Shown piece by piece: positions 63,027 to 64,000 of a DNA stretch of 64,000 nt (its first letter is position 1; every line of letters starts with the position of its first letter). The notes beneath the pieces were generated by a model, which searched no databases, was not told where the DNA came from, and saw only the letters and a list, made by a program, of their open reading frames with translations. The DNA comes from Gammaproteobacteria bacterium (GTDB taxonomy: Bacteria; Pseudomonadota; Gammaproteobacteria; Eutrophobiales; Eutrophobiaceae). Position numbers and translations under genes: made by a program. The stretch covers positions 15,895-79,894 of the forward strand of contig JACPSH010000001.1 of NCBI GenBank assembly GCA_016193395.1. The letters run 5' to 3'.

Positions 63027-64000
63027 TCAGTTGCGAGCGGGAACCGCGGGCAGCGCGGTCTCCATGATGTCGCGATCGATGCCGATGCTCTTCACCAGTG
63101 CATACACCTCGCATCCGGTCGCAAGCTGCAATTCCCGCACCGAGGGACGCGTCACGCGCGCCACCAGCGTGGCATGGCCCACCGCCATCTTGATCTCGGC
63201 GAATGCGCCGACCGTATCCGCCAGTTCGACGATCCTGGCGCGCAGGATGTTGCGGATGCTGATCCCCGCCGGGCGCTCCGTCGCGATGGAGACGTCGCGC
63301 GCCCGGATCCTCACCCGGAACGGGGCGCCGACCGGCAGCGCGATGCGCGGGACCTGCAGGACGCCGCCGTCAAAACGCAGCATGGTGAGGCCGTCCTCGT
63401 CGGCATGCGCTTCCACGATCGTATGGATCAACGCGCCGGCTTCCTGCCGGCCCGCGATTGCATACAGATCGATCCGGCCGAGCACGTCCTCCGCTGACCC
63501 GACTCCGGTGACGGCGCCATCGTGCAGCATGACCACCGTGTCGGCCAGCCGCGCGACCTCCTCGAGCATGTGGCTGACATAGACGATCACGAGCTTGAAC
63601 TCGTCGCGCAGCCGTTCGATATAGGGAAGGATTTCCGCCTTGCGCGGCGCATCCAGGGAGGCCAGCGGTTCGTCCATCAACAGGGCCGCCGGACTGCTGA
63701 GCAGCGCCCGGCCGATGGCGACTCGCTGCTGTTCGCCGCCCGAGAGCGCGCCCGGCCTGCGCTGGAGCAGGGGAGCAATGCCGAGCAGTTGCACGACCTG
63801 ATCGAAATCGACATAACGCTCCGCGGGTGGTGCAAGACGCCAGCCGTACAACAGGTTGCCGCGCACGGTCAGGTGCGGAAACAGACGCGCGTCCTGGAAC
63901 ACGCAGGCGAGGCGCCGGACGTGGACCGGCACATCAACGCCGGATCCACTGTCGAAGAGCACCCGCCCATTCACTTCGACGCGCCCGCGATCGGGCCGCA
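63027..64000 (-). CDS. modC: molybdate ABC transporter ATPase (5' end outside the window)
   Basis: VFQDARLFPHL, LSGGEQQR, DEPLASLD, C-terminal TOBE domain (IRARDVS..SIRNIL). Confidence 0.92.
   Translation of the reverse strand, partial: RPDRGRVEVNGRVLFDSGSGVDVPVHVRRLACVFQDARLFPHLTVRGNLLYGWRLAPPAERYVDFDQVVQLLGIAPLLQRRPGALSGGEQQRVAIGRALLSSPAALLMDEPLASLDAPRKAEILPYIERLRDEFKLVIVYVSHMLEEVARLADTVVMLHDGAVTGVGSAEDVLGRIDLYAIAGRQEAGALIHTIVEAHADEDGLTMLRFDGGVLQVPRIALPVGAPFRVRIRARDVSIATERPAGISIRNILRARIVELADTVGAFAEIKMAVGHATLVARVTRPSVRELQLATGCEVYALVKSIGIDRDIMETALPAVPARN

Overview
High-GC gammaproteobacterial-type chromosomal segment. The taxon is inferred from gene content and order: lptD-surA-pdxA-rsmA, rsx-metG-apbC-dcd, mltF and DUF484. 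From left to right: a sigma54-preceded nitrogen locus (beta-barrel porin, glnK, amtB, glnK, amtB); housekeeping genes with a frameshifted lptD; an Rnf/Rsx operon lacking rnfE whose RnfA has no cysteines; a four-helix-bundle gene enclosed by inverted heptamer repeats; a methyltransferase/ATP-grasp fusion; an XRE-led hydrogenase-4-like (Ehr) complex without Ni ligands; cysG, aspA and msrB; and a LexA with alphaproteobacterial-type SOS boxes. A tRNA-Ser(CGA) is flanked by structured partial copies of itself. A lower-GC accessory region follows, with an IS3 and a 9.1-kb cassette (ECF sigma, FecR, TonB receptor, D-aminopeptidase-like hydrolase, MFS, epimerase) bracketed by two synonymously diverged copies of the 3' end of an XRE-cupin gene. 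The window ends with tdh-kbl-gcvTHP, a RelE-type TA pair, a small ion-channel gene and a partial modC. All calls come from reading motifs by eye; no database searches were run.
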